From NCBI GenBank assembly GCA_038845975.1, contig JAWBQF010000003.1, forward strand, positions 32,001-96,000: DNA of 64,000 bases, in the 5' to 3' direction. This document shows, piece after piece, positions 53,495 through 63,880 of the stretch. The translations under genes and the position numbers were made by a program. The notes beneath the pieces were generated by a model. The model was given only the letters and a program-made list of their open reading frames with translations, searched no databases and had not been told where the DNA came from. The stretch is from Candidatus Methanomethylicia archaeon. GTDB lineage: Archaea > Thermoproteota > Methanomethylicia > CALHIW01. Every line of letters begins with the position of its first letter. The first letter of the stretch is position 1.

Positions 53495-53785
53495 TTATTT
53501 AAGCTCCTCCTCGGTCCTCCTCTTTTTTACAGCTCTATCAAACAATATCCAGTTTCTATACCACTCCTCATTCTCTCTTTTAAGCAGTTCAAGAATCATT
53601 TTAGTTAGCTCAATAGCACTTATATCTGAAACTCCCTTATCTAGAAGCCTTCCCTCAACGATCTTAGCTATCTTTCTAGAAGCCTCCAATGCCGCGCCGG
53701 CCTTTAAACAGCTTACAACCACCTTTTCATATACGAATTCCTCTCTTGACCCGTTACGTTTAGAAACATAAATCATAGACGTCAA
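53495..53785 (-). CDS. Stand-alone ATP-cone protein
   Basis: VSKRNGSREEF..EKV..S..KAGA and IS..EL. Confidence 0.85.
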   Translation of the reverse strand: MTSMIYVSKRNGSREEFVYEKVVVSCLKAGAALEASRKIAKIVEGRLLDKGVSDISAIELTKMILELLKRENEEWYRNWILFDRAVKKRRTEEELK

Positions 53786-54047
53786 AATATTATTACCTAA
53801 ATAATTTATAAAGTTTTACTATTATATCAATATTACCTCCATGTATTTAACTCTGAATAAGTTAATAAAGATACATTTCAAAATCATTTCTTAATTCCCC
53901 GTGAAGTTCAAGTTTAAATCTTGATATAATGAATCTGTAATCATATTAATAACCATGACAATCTAGGAAAGTGAATTTAAGTTACTATGTCCAAATTTAA
54001 ACAGGGAAAGTTTAAATATTGAAGGAATACTTAGCATGTAGAGTAGT

Positions 54048-54800
54048 ATGTCCTTTAAAAATTATGTTGAGAAGTTACAGCTTGAACAGCTTTTTCAAAG
54101 GCTATGTGTTTCTAATCCCGCATTATTAATAAAGGAGGTTAAACATTTCACAAATAAGGAAGCTGAAGATAGAGATAGAATTGTCTTGAATTATTTTGGA
54201 GAAAATGGAGTAAATCAAATAGTTAATACTATTTACGATTTCTTGTTTACATCACCAAGAATTTCTGTAAATGCTAAAGTGTTGGATATCGGTGCTGGTA
54301 CTGGTTTTTTCACGGTTAAACTATATAGTAAACTATGTGAAGAATTACCAGGGGTTCGTTTTTATGCTATGGATGCAACTCCAGCAATGCTCATATCATT
54401 AGAAAAGAAGAATACTGGAATAATACCATTTCTAGGCGTAGCGGAAAACATTAAGGGCAGTGTAAAAGAAGCAAGAAAATACTTTAAAATTCCAAGCAAA
54501 TTTGACATAGCTTTTTCAACGCTGATGCTTCACCATGTTGCTGAACCAGAAAAAGTTTTCAAAAGTATTAAAGAAATTCTGAAAAGTAGAGGTAAAGCCA
54601 TCGTTATAGATCTTTGTAAACACAATTTTGAAGAGTTTAAAACAGAAATGGGTGATATCCATCTAGGTTTCGACCTAGAAAGAATCAACGAGATGGCTTC
54701 TAAACATTTTTCAAGAATTAAAATTGAAAAGATTGCTAATATTCGCTGCGAATGCTCAAGCCGCTCCGCAGAAATATTTGCTGTTTCCCTGTGGAAATGA
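54048..54800 (+). CDS. Class I SAM-dependent methyltransferase
   Basis: VLDIGAGTG, LMLHHV..P and GD.HLGF. Confidence 0.88.
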   Translation: MSFKNYVEKLQLEQLFQRLCVSNPALLIKEVKHFTNKEAEDRDRIVLNYFGENGVNQIVNTIYDFLFTSPRISVNAKVLDIGAGTGFFTVKLYSKLCEELPGVRFYAMDATPAMLISLEKKNTGIIPFLGVAENIKGSVKEARKYFKIPSKFDIAFSTLMLHHVAEPEKVFKSIKEILKSRGKAIVIDLCKHNFEEFKTEMGDIHLGFDLERINEMASKHFSRIKIEKIANIRCECSSRSAEIFAVSLWK

Positions 54801-55834
54801 TTGATAACCAGTAAAATAACATTATATAATATGGGAGTATAAAGCATACAGTTCGTCAAGTATATAGTAAATTACAGATAGAAGCTTATAGGTAAAGAAA
54901 GAGTTTATAGAAAAGCTGATTTGAGGACTCGCAGCTGTTCATAGGAGGTAGACTGATAGAATACAGGAAGTGTTGCTCAGTGATGGATGGAGATGTCGCA
55001 GTAGTTTTGAGCCTTCAAATGTAGGGGCTGAACCTCCTTGAAAGCCCTTGATGAATTCGTAGAGAGGAAATAATTGAGTGGAGGTGAAAGTATATATATT
55101 TCCATCTAACCCAGAACCAGTAGCCTATATTGCTTAGCCATTATGTTTATATGCTCCTAAACATGGAAATGAAATTGATAAATTAAGATCATAGTTTAAA
55201 GGAGATAAGACATGGTCAATAATTATATATGGTAGAGAACTGAATAGATAAAGCTAGGTCTCCTTCCATATAGATATGCAAGTCTTTTCCTCAATAAATA
55301 CTTCCCAAAAGATAAAGTTAGAGGTATGCTATTCTTGGAGGGGCTCTATACCTATCTCTACAGATCAGAATCCGCCTTAATCGAAAACAGAAGCTTAAAT
55401 AATAAGTAACCTCCCCACTCTTTTAGAAGTCCTACGTAATTCTAAGTCAGAAAACTAGAGAGCTTCTTAAATACATGACTATACTTCAAGCAATAGAACT
55501 ATAAGTTCAAACGATCTTCCTAAGTATTTATAAATCTTAAAAGTCAAAACCCACACAATAAAGTATTAATTAAAAGTGGACTTAATACTAATGCTAGAAT
55601 TACTACTAACATTAATACAATAAGCTTACTTGTTCTCTATATCCTCTAGATATAAATATTATTAGAGTGATTTTACTCCTAGATACTATTAAGAATAATG
55701 CGAATACATTAGATTCCTCAATAACCTCACATATTCTAGTAATTTTAGTAACTAAAATATCGAATCATCTTAGTTGCTATATGTTTCTAATAGAAAAGCT
55801 TTAAATACAGTAAATAATAAATGAAGGTGGTAAG

Positions 55835-55981
55835 ATGAAAAAGCTATCGAAAAACCAAATATTAACATCAGTTTCAATTATTATACTGCTCTTTACAGCA
55901 ATTATTAACTGGAACATTTACTCATGGCTGATTTTAATCGCTATAATCCTGATATTGATTGCATGGTATCTTCAAAAATGA
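55835..55981 (+). CDS. 48-aa two-TM membrane microprotein
   Basis: MKKLSKNQILTSVSIIILLFTAIINWNIYSWLILIAIILILIAWYLQK; SD gaaggtgg and TTTAAATA box upstream. Confidence 0.65.
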   Translation: MKKLSKNQILTSVSIIILLFTAIINWNIYSWLILIAIILILIAWYLQK

Positions 55982-56102
55982 AATTTAGCTACTATGTATT
56001 TTCCAATACTAAGTTTATAGAATTATTAGAATTTAAGTAACTAGCCGTAGCTTTTAAATATCTTAGATGGTCTCCATTACTAAGTTATAGCTTAATAAAT
56101 CA

Positions 56103-56412
56103 AGATGTGGCAACTTAAGTTCACCTTTAGGTGGTTGTAGTATAATGATAGTTTATTAATAGGTTCAGTATTCAATTTTCTCTTATCTAGGATTTTGTAT
56201 TGGGTTAAGGTTATGCTGAGAATACTCTTATTCTCTGAATGATGATATCTTATCTACTATAAACCCATGAGCCTCAAGTAATACTTTACTTCTCAAACTA
56301 GACATCTAATATGAATACTATATCAGAATCTTAACCTCCAACAAGACCAAACCCTAATACTAACATAACAATAAACAGTAGAGTTTACATAACTTATTAA
56401 GTTGCCATGTCC
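56103..56412. mobile_element. ~310-bp non-autonomous element with family-B ends
   Basis: agatgtggcaacttaa ... ttaagttgccatgtcc inverted ends, flanked by aataaatca / aataaagca. Confidence 0.65.
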
Positions 56413-56743
56413 AATAAAGCATATGATTAACTTTATATGATGGCTTCCTCAATCCTTCTAGTTTCTTCCTCTCAGCCACGTCTTATAAATTCCTCTATTT
56501 CACGTTTATTATATGGATTCCTACATGTATTCTCAAGAGTCTCATTTATTCAATATGCCAGCGAGGTCAAGGTAGACAAGAACTCCTCCTATAGAGCTGC
56601 TTAACTTTTAAACCTCCTAGAAGTACCCATATCGTTAAGAATTGTTAAGAGGCAGTTCTACTCATCAAGAAGCTTCACTTATATCGATCTATAAATTTTT
56701 CTATATCTAGTTGGATTGCTATATTATTGAATGATCTATTATT

Positions 56744-56968
56744 TTATTCATGTAAGTTTCCTTGATTTTGTCTCTTCGGTTTAGGTATAACTATATATGT
56801 TATTATGCTTGCTATGATGTTTGCTAGAACGATGATTACGTATACTTCCTGCATATTCATTCCTGATAGATTTAAACCTATCATCTTCCCCCATACAATC
56901 ATGGCTGAAACTATAAATGAATTGAAAAGCTTCTCAAAAACCCACTTAGCAAATCTATATCTAATCAT
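56744..56968 (-). CDS. Small two-TM membrane protein
   Basis: 74 aa with two hydrophobic helices and a TATA-like box upstream. Confidence 0.55.
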   Translation of the reverse strand: MIRYRFAKWVFEKLFNSFIVSAMIVWGKMIGLNLSGMNMQEVYVIIVLANIIASIITYIVIPKPKRQNQGNLHE

Positions 56969-57046
56969 AAGATTATCTAAAAATTAAGCTTATAAACCTC
57001 TAGTAGTTTTAACAATTCCCTAAATGATCCTATATTGTTAGTAACA

Positions 57047-57549
57047 CTTTGTGAGCTTTAGCTTTATTTAAGTCTCCATTTACTTATGGTGAGGCTATGT
57101 CTAAAATTGTTAGGATTACTATGATTGATGATGCTATTACGAGTGTTAGTTCTAGGGTTAGGATTATGTATATTACTTGTTATTGAGGATATTATAGTAT
57201 GATTTGATATTGTGAATACGTTTACATCTTTATTATTTATTAGGGAGGCTATTTATGGATCTAAAATAATTAGGTTAAGTGATATCTCAATATCATAGGG
57301 CTACATGTAAAATACTATAAGCATCAAATATATTTTACGAGGTCTAAATAGAGAGAATCATAAAGTTAAGAATAAATAAGCTATTTGATAACTATATATG
57401 AGGGAAAACGCAATGATGAACAGCATTCATGCTTATGAAGTCAACTGCTTCATACTAAACAAACATGGATAAGGAAGATAAAAGCTAAGAATTCATAGAA
57501 ACATAATACTAAAATAGAGAGAATCAAACATGCTTAAGTTCACAAAATT
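57047..57549 (+). mobile_element. Decayed, internally deleted IS6 copy
   Basis: The 3' part catactaaacaaacatggataaggaagataaaagctaagaattc...catgcttaagttcacaaaa closely matches 42633-42731; the 5' part is degenerate. Confidence 0.78.
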
Positions 57550-57792
57550 TCTAAATTTCTACCTTACAAATATAAGTAAATTGAAATATTAAATTATGGA
57601 TAGAATCATTAGGATGATGGTTGAAGATTGTTATGATGATATAAATGGAAAATGTATGCTCCACCTCCATTTTAAACTTAGGAGGAAATATTACAGCATT
57701 TTTATTTAGCTTATTCGTTTTTATAGTTTTATAATTTATGCTTACAGGTTTTCTAGACGTTAGGTTTAAATAGTATGGTTTAGTCTTGATAT

Positions 57793-58743
57793 GTGAGTTT
57801 AGAGTTTAAGTGTGGTAGGTGTAGTGCCCCATTAACATATACACCTGAATCCATATTTTCGGTTTGTGATTATTGTGGTTACGTTAACTGGTTTAATGAA
57901 GAAGCTAAGGTAAAAATACTTGTTGCTCCTTCAAAGCCTAGAGAAGACATTATTAACGGTTTCTGGAGTAGGATGAGGATGGATAAGGATATGAGTAAAT
58001 ATGTAAGTATGATTAGTATTGAAGATGTTTACGGGGTTTATGTTCCGCTTTACATTTCAACAGTTAATGTAGATGTTGAATGGATTGGTTATAGGGTTGA
58101 AGCAAGGAGGAGTGGAAGAAATGTAACAACTAGTAAGGTTACGAGGAGGGGTAGGTTTAATACTGATATTAGACATGTTTATCATGCTAGAAGACATGTT
58201 GAAGAGTTTGGTTTAGATGAGCTTTGTGAGAGAGCTAAGGGTTTTAATGATTATGTAGCTTTAGATTCTTTAAGATGGGATGATGTTAAGCTTCAGGTTT
58301 TAAATGTTGAATACTCTATAAATGAAGTTTTAAATATTATTAGGGATGATGTTGAAGACCATGTTAGGGATGATGTTAAGATGAGGGAGCGGCTTCACGG
58401 CTTCTACTATTACTCCTGTAAAACTGATGTTAGAGATGTTAAGCTTGTATTAGCTCCACTATGGATTATTACATATAGGTTTAGAGGAGGAGTATTTAAG
58501 GTAGCGGTTTCAGGTTTCGATGTATCGATATTGAAGGCAAGTGAACCAGTATTTCTACATCAAAGACTAATATATATTATAGCTTCAATAATAGCAGCTA
58601 TTACAGGATCCCTATTAATGATTATTACTGCTAGCGGGTTTTTTGAAGTTAGCTTATGGATTCCTATTTTCTTCCTAGTCATAATCCTTACTGGAGCTGG
58701 ATTAGCAGCTAAAAGTATTAGTGATGTTAGGGAGGAGAAGTAA
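57793..58743 (+). CDS. Double-CxxC zinc-ribbon membrane protein
   Basis: CGRC...CDYC at the N-terminus, APLW...Y...V.VSG.D, and two C-terminal TM helices. Confidence 0.8.
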   Translation: MSLEFKCGRCSAPLTYTPESIFSVCDYCGYVNWFNEEAKVKILVAPSKPREDIINGFWSRMRMDKDMSKYVSMISIEDVYGVYVPLYISTVNVDVEWIGYRVEARRSGRNVTTSKVTRRGRFNTDIRHVYHARRHVEEFGLDELCERAKGFNDYVALDSLRWDDVKLQVLNVEYSINEVLNIIRDDVEDHVRDDVKMRERLHGFYYYSCKTDVRDVKLVLAPLWIITYRFRGGVFKVAVSGFDVSILKASEPVFLHQRLIYIIASIIAAITGSLLMIITASGFFEVSLWIPIFFLVIILTGAGLAAKSISDVREEK

Positions 58744-59726
58744 TGGGTCTTAAAAGTTTCGAATGTCCACACTGTAACGCATCCTTCCCTGCACCTAGTA
58801 CTATTTCAATTCTTACATGTCCATACTGTGGCTACACGTTTGAAGCTTCAAGTAGGAGGGAATGGAGTCACTTCTTCTTCCCAATACTTCTTGATGTTGG
58901 ATATGCATGGAGGAGAGGGTATCAGTTCATATCTAGAAGATATGGTGTTCCAAGCGATTTTAACACATCATTTCTAACATCATCATTACTACATAATGTT
59001 CCATTTCATATCTTCTACTGTGAAGCTAAGGCTGAGTGTAGGTATTCTAGGGGATTCATATTTAGGGATGAGAAGATAGCGGAATATACTGAAGCTATGG
59101 ATATATGTATTCCAGCAGTTTCAGTAGGGGAATGGATTGATAGGCTTCTCTGGAATCATACGTTTTCGGTTAAGAGTAGAATATATTTTAAGCCTGAAAT
59201 TATGAGGATAGGTAAATTCTATAATCCAACCTTAAGCTATGATGAAGCCTTAAAGTATGCTAGTGAAAGAATTTCTAGAGCTGTTATAGATGAAGCTGGA
59301 AAGAGCTGTAGTGGAGATAAGAAAATTATAGATGTTAAAGTTAAGTATTATGGACTTATCCACTATCCATTCTGGGAGTTAAAATATAGCTATAAAGGTG
59401 AATATTTCAACATGCTTATCGACGCATCTAGTGGAAGAATAATCTATGTAGAGTATCCTCTAAGTAGAACTGCAAGAACATTAATGCTCACCGCCTCAAC
59501 TATAATAGTTACTTCAACAGTAATTATTAGTGGACTTACTGGATTAGCTCTGGGAAGAATAGCTTTAGGATTAGTATCAGGAATTATAAGCTCAATCATA
59601 GCATCATCCCCAATAATTATAAAAGCATTAAGACTTAAAACAAGAGGATCTGAAGAAATCGGTAGAGAGGAAAAATATAGCTATAAGAATCTAGCAGATC
59701 TTGTGGGGAAGATTTTAAGAGTTTAA
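58743..59726 (+). CDS. Double-CxxC zinc-ribbon membrane protein (paralog-like)
   Basis: CPHC...CPYCG, YPFW...Y.YKG..F...IDA.SG, two C-terminal TM helices; TAATG translational coupling. Confidence 0.8.
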   Translation: MGLKSFECPHCNASFPAPSTISILTCPYCGYTFEASSRREWSHFFFPILLDVGYAWRRGYQFISRRYGVPSDFNTSFLTSSLLHNVPFHIFYCEAKAECRYSRGFIFRDEKIAEYTEAMDICIPAVSVGEWIDRLLWNHTFSVKSRIYFKPEIMRIGKFYNPTLSYDEALKYASERISRAVIDEAGKSCSGDKKIIDVKVKYYGLIHYPFWELKYSYKGEYFNMLIDASSGRIIYVEYPLSRTARTLMLTASTIIVTSTVIISGLTGLALGRIALGLVSGIISSIIASSPIIIKALRLKTRGSEEIGREEKYSYKNLADLVGKILRV

Positions 59727-59845
59727 GTTTACATGACCTCGCCAAGTCAAGCATCCCGCCTTAATGTTAATACCTTAGATATCCTACTTAATAGGATGCT
59801 ATTATTATGTGGAAATATTTAAATTAATCTACATGTTTCAATATT

Positions 59846-60889
59846 ATGCCTACTCCACCGTTTCTCGTTTCATACTCTATTACTAGGAAATGTAATCTTA
59901 AATGTAAACATTGTTATAGTGATGCTACAGAGGAATTTGCATCAGATGAGCTATCCACAATGGAGGCAAAGAAGCTTCTAGACGATATTGTAAGTTTGGG
60001 TGTAAGGCTCCTAATCTTAGATGGAGGTGAGCCTCTCTGTAGGGATGACTTCTACGAGGTTGCTGGATATGCTTCAAGTAGAGGTATTAGAGTTGTTGTT
60101 GGAAGTAATGGAACACTTATAGATGAGAATACTGCTAGAAGAATGGTAAGTGTAGGTGTGGGGTGTGTAGCAATATCCCTAGATGGAGCTAATCCTGAAA
60201 CCCATGACTCCTTTAGAGGTGAAAAAGACGCATTCAGTAAAGCTATTGAGGGGGTTAAGGCATGTAGGAAGGCTGGATTACCATTCCAGTTCAATATTGT
60301 AGCTAGGAAGCCTGTAATCGATGAGTTGCCCGATATTTTAAAGCTAGCTCTAAACTATGGAGCTGAAGCTATTGAAATCTTCGATTTAATCCAGGTTTCA
60401 AGAGTTAAAAATAGATGTTACGATGAAGTTTTAAGCATAAATGAAAGGAGAAGAATAATGGAATGGCTTGCTGAAACACAGAGGAATTATCCAATCATAA
60501 TTAGGACGCCTGCATGTCCAATGTATCCATTAATGCTTAAGGAGAGAAACATTCTTCCTAAATATTTCCCCCATCAAGCCCTAAGAAGAATACCATACTA
60601 TGATCGTGGATGTGCTGCAGGAATGCCTAATGGCTACATAACCATACTTTCAAACGGAGATGTTATACCATGCATGCTACTACAGGTTAAAATAGGTAAT
60701 GTAAGGATGGAGAATATCGTTAAGATATGGAATGAATCACCTATACTTTCCACTCTTAGGGCAAGAGAAAATCTACTTAAAGGTAGATGTGGTGAATGTA
60801 GATATAAGGGAATATGTGCTGGATGTCGTGGAAGAGCATTTGAAGAAACAGGAGACATTATGGCTGAAGATCCTGGATGCTGGCTATAG
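59846..60889 (+). CDS. Radical SAM/SPASM protein (NirJ/AhbCD-like)
   Basis: CNLKCKHC, GGEPL, GC.AG...G.V.PC and CxxCxxxxxCxGCR...DPGC. Confidence 0.88.
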   Translation: MPTPPFLVSYSITRKCNLKCKHCYSDATEEFASDELSTMEAKKLLDDIVSLGVRLLILDGGEPLCRDDFYEVAGYASSRGIRVVVGSNGTLIDENTARRMVSVGVGCVAISLDGANPETHDSFRGEKDAFSKAIEGVKACRKAGLPFQFNIVARKPVIDELPDILKLALNYGAEAIEIFDLIQVSRVKNRCYDEVLSINERRRIMEWLAETQRNYPIIIRTPACPMYPLMLKERNILPKYFPHQALRRIPYYDRGCAAGMPNGYITILSNGDVIPCMLLQVKIGNVRMENIVKIWNESPILSTLRARENLLKGRCGECRYKGICAGCRGRAFEETGDIMAEDPGCWL

Positions 60890-61050
60890 AATGTTTAAAT
60901 AGCTATATGTTCTTGTATTCTAGTGAATGATAGCCTACTTATAGTAACTTAATCTACGTGGTGCTATTATAAGTCTGATGAGAAACCAGTCAATTAATTT
61001 ATAATAGTAGGTAAAGACTGAAATACATCATTCATAGGAGACAAACATAG

Positions 61051-61572
61051 CTATATTTTTACTTTAGCTAGAATTTTAATCCATATTGTTGCTGCTAAGT
61101 ATCCGCCAATTATCCCCTGAATTAAACCCACTATAAATATTAAAGCTATAACTATTGTAGGTATTGGTAATCCTATCATTATCGTAATTAAAATACCTAA
61201 AAGCCCAACTACTATGCTAGCAATCCCGGCAGTAATAGCTAATCTACCCTTATTAACATTAAAATCAGCTTTTACCCTAAAAACCTTAGACAATATACTT
61301 ATCAGAAGTCCGTAGAGTAAAGCTAGAGTAATCGTAAATGGTGCAAGTCCACTTCTCATAGAGGCCAGGAGCCCAGAAACCAAACCTATAGCTATAGGTC
61401 CTGAAAACCCTACAATTATAAAGCCTAAGCATAGAAGAAGACTTTCAATAAGTATTGTGAAAAACTTATCGTAAGGAGGAGGTATAAAGGCCTTCTCAAT
61501 AAATATTATTAAGCTAAATAATGCAATAATAGCTACATCCCTAGCTCGACGATTAGTAAGCATAACTAACAA
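61051..61572 (-). CDS. Membrane protein, possible ECF S-component
   Basis: 5-6 TM helices; R..DVA.IALF N-terminus. Confidence 0.55.
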   Translation of the reverse strand: MLVMLTNRRARDVAIIALFSLIIFIEKAFIPPPYDKFFTILIESLLLCLGFIIVGFSGPIAIGLVSGLLASMRSGLAPFTITLALLYGLLISILSKVFRVKADFNVNKGRLAITAGIASIVVGLLGILITIMIGLPIPTIVIALIFIVGLIQGIIGGYLAATIWIKILAKVKI

Positions 61573-62442
61573 AATAACTTAAATATTTAAGTTTTACATC
61601 TTATAGAAACATTCCATAAATTTAGCTATATTAATTCTGGATAATCATTGATTATGGAAGAATTGGAAATTTGACTGTTAAGATAGATAAATGTAAGAAG
61701 GATATTAGTGTAGATCATCTTGTAAATAATCCTCTAAGCTTTTAAGTCTAGTAACTGATTATTTGGAATATGTGCTAAAGTTAAGCTGAGAACTTACATA
61801 GCTGTAAGAGAATACATATTAAACTTATTTAATATCGGTTAGTACTCAAGAGAAAGTTTTCTATAAGCCTCCTCATATTCCAGTTTTACAGGCTTAAACA
61901 TGTCTAATCCCTTATTTTGTACTATGTATCTACGATTCTTAACATTACCTTAAGATAGCATTAACAACTATGTAGTTCTAGCGTATTTAGATGAGGAGAT
62001 TCATAGATAAGCTAAACTAGAAGCTATCATTGAAGCATATTATGTAGTTGAACTCCATATTAACTTATGGCTATCAACGTTTCAGAATAGCTAAATTTAA
62101 TAGAGTCAAGCTAATAGATATGTTCCGCTGAATATATGTTCATGTTAGAGATTTTGATCTATACTAGTTTTGGACTACATTTAGGATTGTTAAAATACGT
62201 TCTAAAAGGTAATAGGAGGAAGAGCAGTAATAGAAATAGTCTACATCCGCCAGCCAACTATTAAGCATTCTTCAATCATATCTGAATTGCTAAGGGGAGA
62301 ATTCTCCTAAGCCCTTAGGATAATTGAAGATTTTACAAAATAGATATCCCTAACTTTAGTTGTGGGATGCTGGATCATATGGAGGAGGATCTAAATAGAT
62401 GTTAATAGTAATGCTTAAATATGTTACTTATATTAGGTATTC

Positions 62443-63186
62443 ATGTCGTTGCTTGTTGTTAATGATCTTCATGTAAATGTTAATGGTAGGAATGTATTGA
62501 AAGGTGTAAATATAAGTATTGGTCCTGGTGAAGTTCATGTACTTCTAGGCCCCAATGGCTCCGGTAAAACTACTCTTGTTAATGCTATCATAGGGAATCC
62601 TAAAGTTAAAGTCATTAGGGGGAAAATATACTTTAAGGGTAGGGATATAACAGATACGTCGATGTATGAAAGAGTAAGAATGGGAATTGGAGTTTCCTTC
62701 CAGCATCCACCGAGAATTAAGGGTGTAAAGCTTAGAGATCTACTTTTAAATATGGCTTCTAAGCTTGGCAGGGAGGTTAATATTGAGAGAGTTTCCTCTC
62801 TTGTTAAGATGAGAGATCTTATTGACCGTGATGTTAATGTTGGTTTTTCAGGTGGTGAACTTAAAAGATCCGAAATTCTACAGTTACTAATTCAATCCCC
62901 TGAGCTTGTACTACTTGATGAGCCTGACTCCGGTGTTGATGTTGAGAACCTCATAGTTATAGCAAATGCAATTAATGAAATGTGTGGGTTAAACATTAAG
63001 CCAAGTATGAGAAGTAAATCAGCTCTACTTATAACTCATCTAGGATACATATTAAATTATGTTAAGGCTGACCGTGCACATGTATTAGTGAATGGTAGAA
63101 TAGCATGTTCAGGTAAGCCTAATGAAATATTGGAGCAAATAGCTAAACATGGCTTTGAGAAATGTGCTGAATGCTTAGTGAAATAA
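62443..63186 (+). CDS. sufC: Fe-S assembly ATPase SufC (SmsC)
   Basis: GPNGSGKT, FQHPP, RDVNVGFSGGE.KR.E, LDEPDSGVD and C-terminal CxxC. Confidence 0.92.
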   Translation: MSLLVVNDLHVNVNGRNVLKGVNISIGPGEVHVLLGPNGSGKTTLVNAIIGNPKVKVIRGKIYFKGRDITDTSMYERVRMGIGVSFQHPPRIKGVKLRDLLLNMASKLGREVNIERVSSLVKMRDLIDRDVNVGFSGGELKRSEILQLLIQSPELVLLDEPDSGVDVENLIVIANAINEMCGLNIKPSMRSKSALLITHLGYILNYVKADRAHVLVNGRIACSGKPNEILEQIAKHGFEKCAECLVK

Positions 63187-63289
63187 ATCATGTGAACACT
63201 AATAAAGTATATCTATCAATATTTCAATAAATCCATTTTGGAAATGACTAAGGTAATTGTAGATTATAACACTTATTACATAACAAGCA

Positions 63290-63880
63290 TCTTATGAACT
63301 TTAGCTTTATTTAAGTTTTTCACTTTATTCATGGTGAAGCTATAGCTAAAGCTATTAGGTTTACTAGGAAGAGTTTCATTCATATTGGTTGTTTATAATG
63401 CTTATATATTTGTTATCTAGAAATGACTTATTATAGAGTTATACATCCATATCGTCCTAGTTCATCTTAAGTTTTCTATTTGAGCTTGATAAGAGGAATA
63501 TTAGAATTAATAGTTAATGATACTACTACTAGATTCTAGAGTGAAGTTGTATGCTATCTTAGTCTCTATCAAGAAAGGTGTTCACACAAGTTTGTGAGTT
63601 TAACTGATGGAGCACTATAGAGAAACATACAGAATACTAAACTTAAAGCATGAAGTATATAGTTTAGAGATTAGAAACCTAATGAGGCAAGTCATACAGT
63701 ATGTTAAAGATAGAACTAGGCTATTTGGTAATTATTGAAGAGAAATGTGATGGTGAGCATAAATATGTATCCATGAAGTTAATAGTGTGACTAAACGAAA
63801 CATTGATTAATGAGAAGATAAAATGGGAATTCATGGAAACAATATCAAAAATGATTAAATATGTTTAGATTCATAACCTG
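63290..63880 (+). mobile_element. Decayed IS6 copy
   Basis: tatagtttagagattagaa...atacagtatgttaaagatagaacta...tgtgatggtgagcat is colinear with 37138..37843. Confidence 0.75.

Noticed and set aside
60975-61021. Possible C/D sRNA or hammerhead core (ctgatga...ctga)
   Set aside because: No D'/C' boxes, no recognisable guide target and no hammerhead stems.
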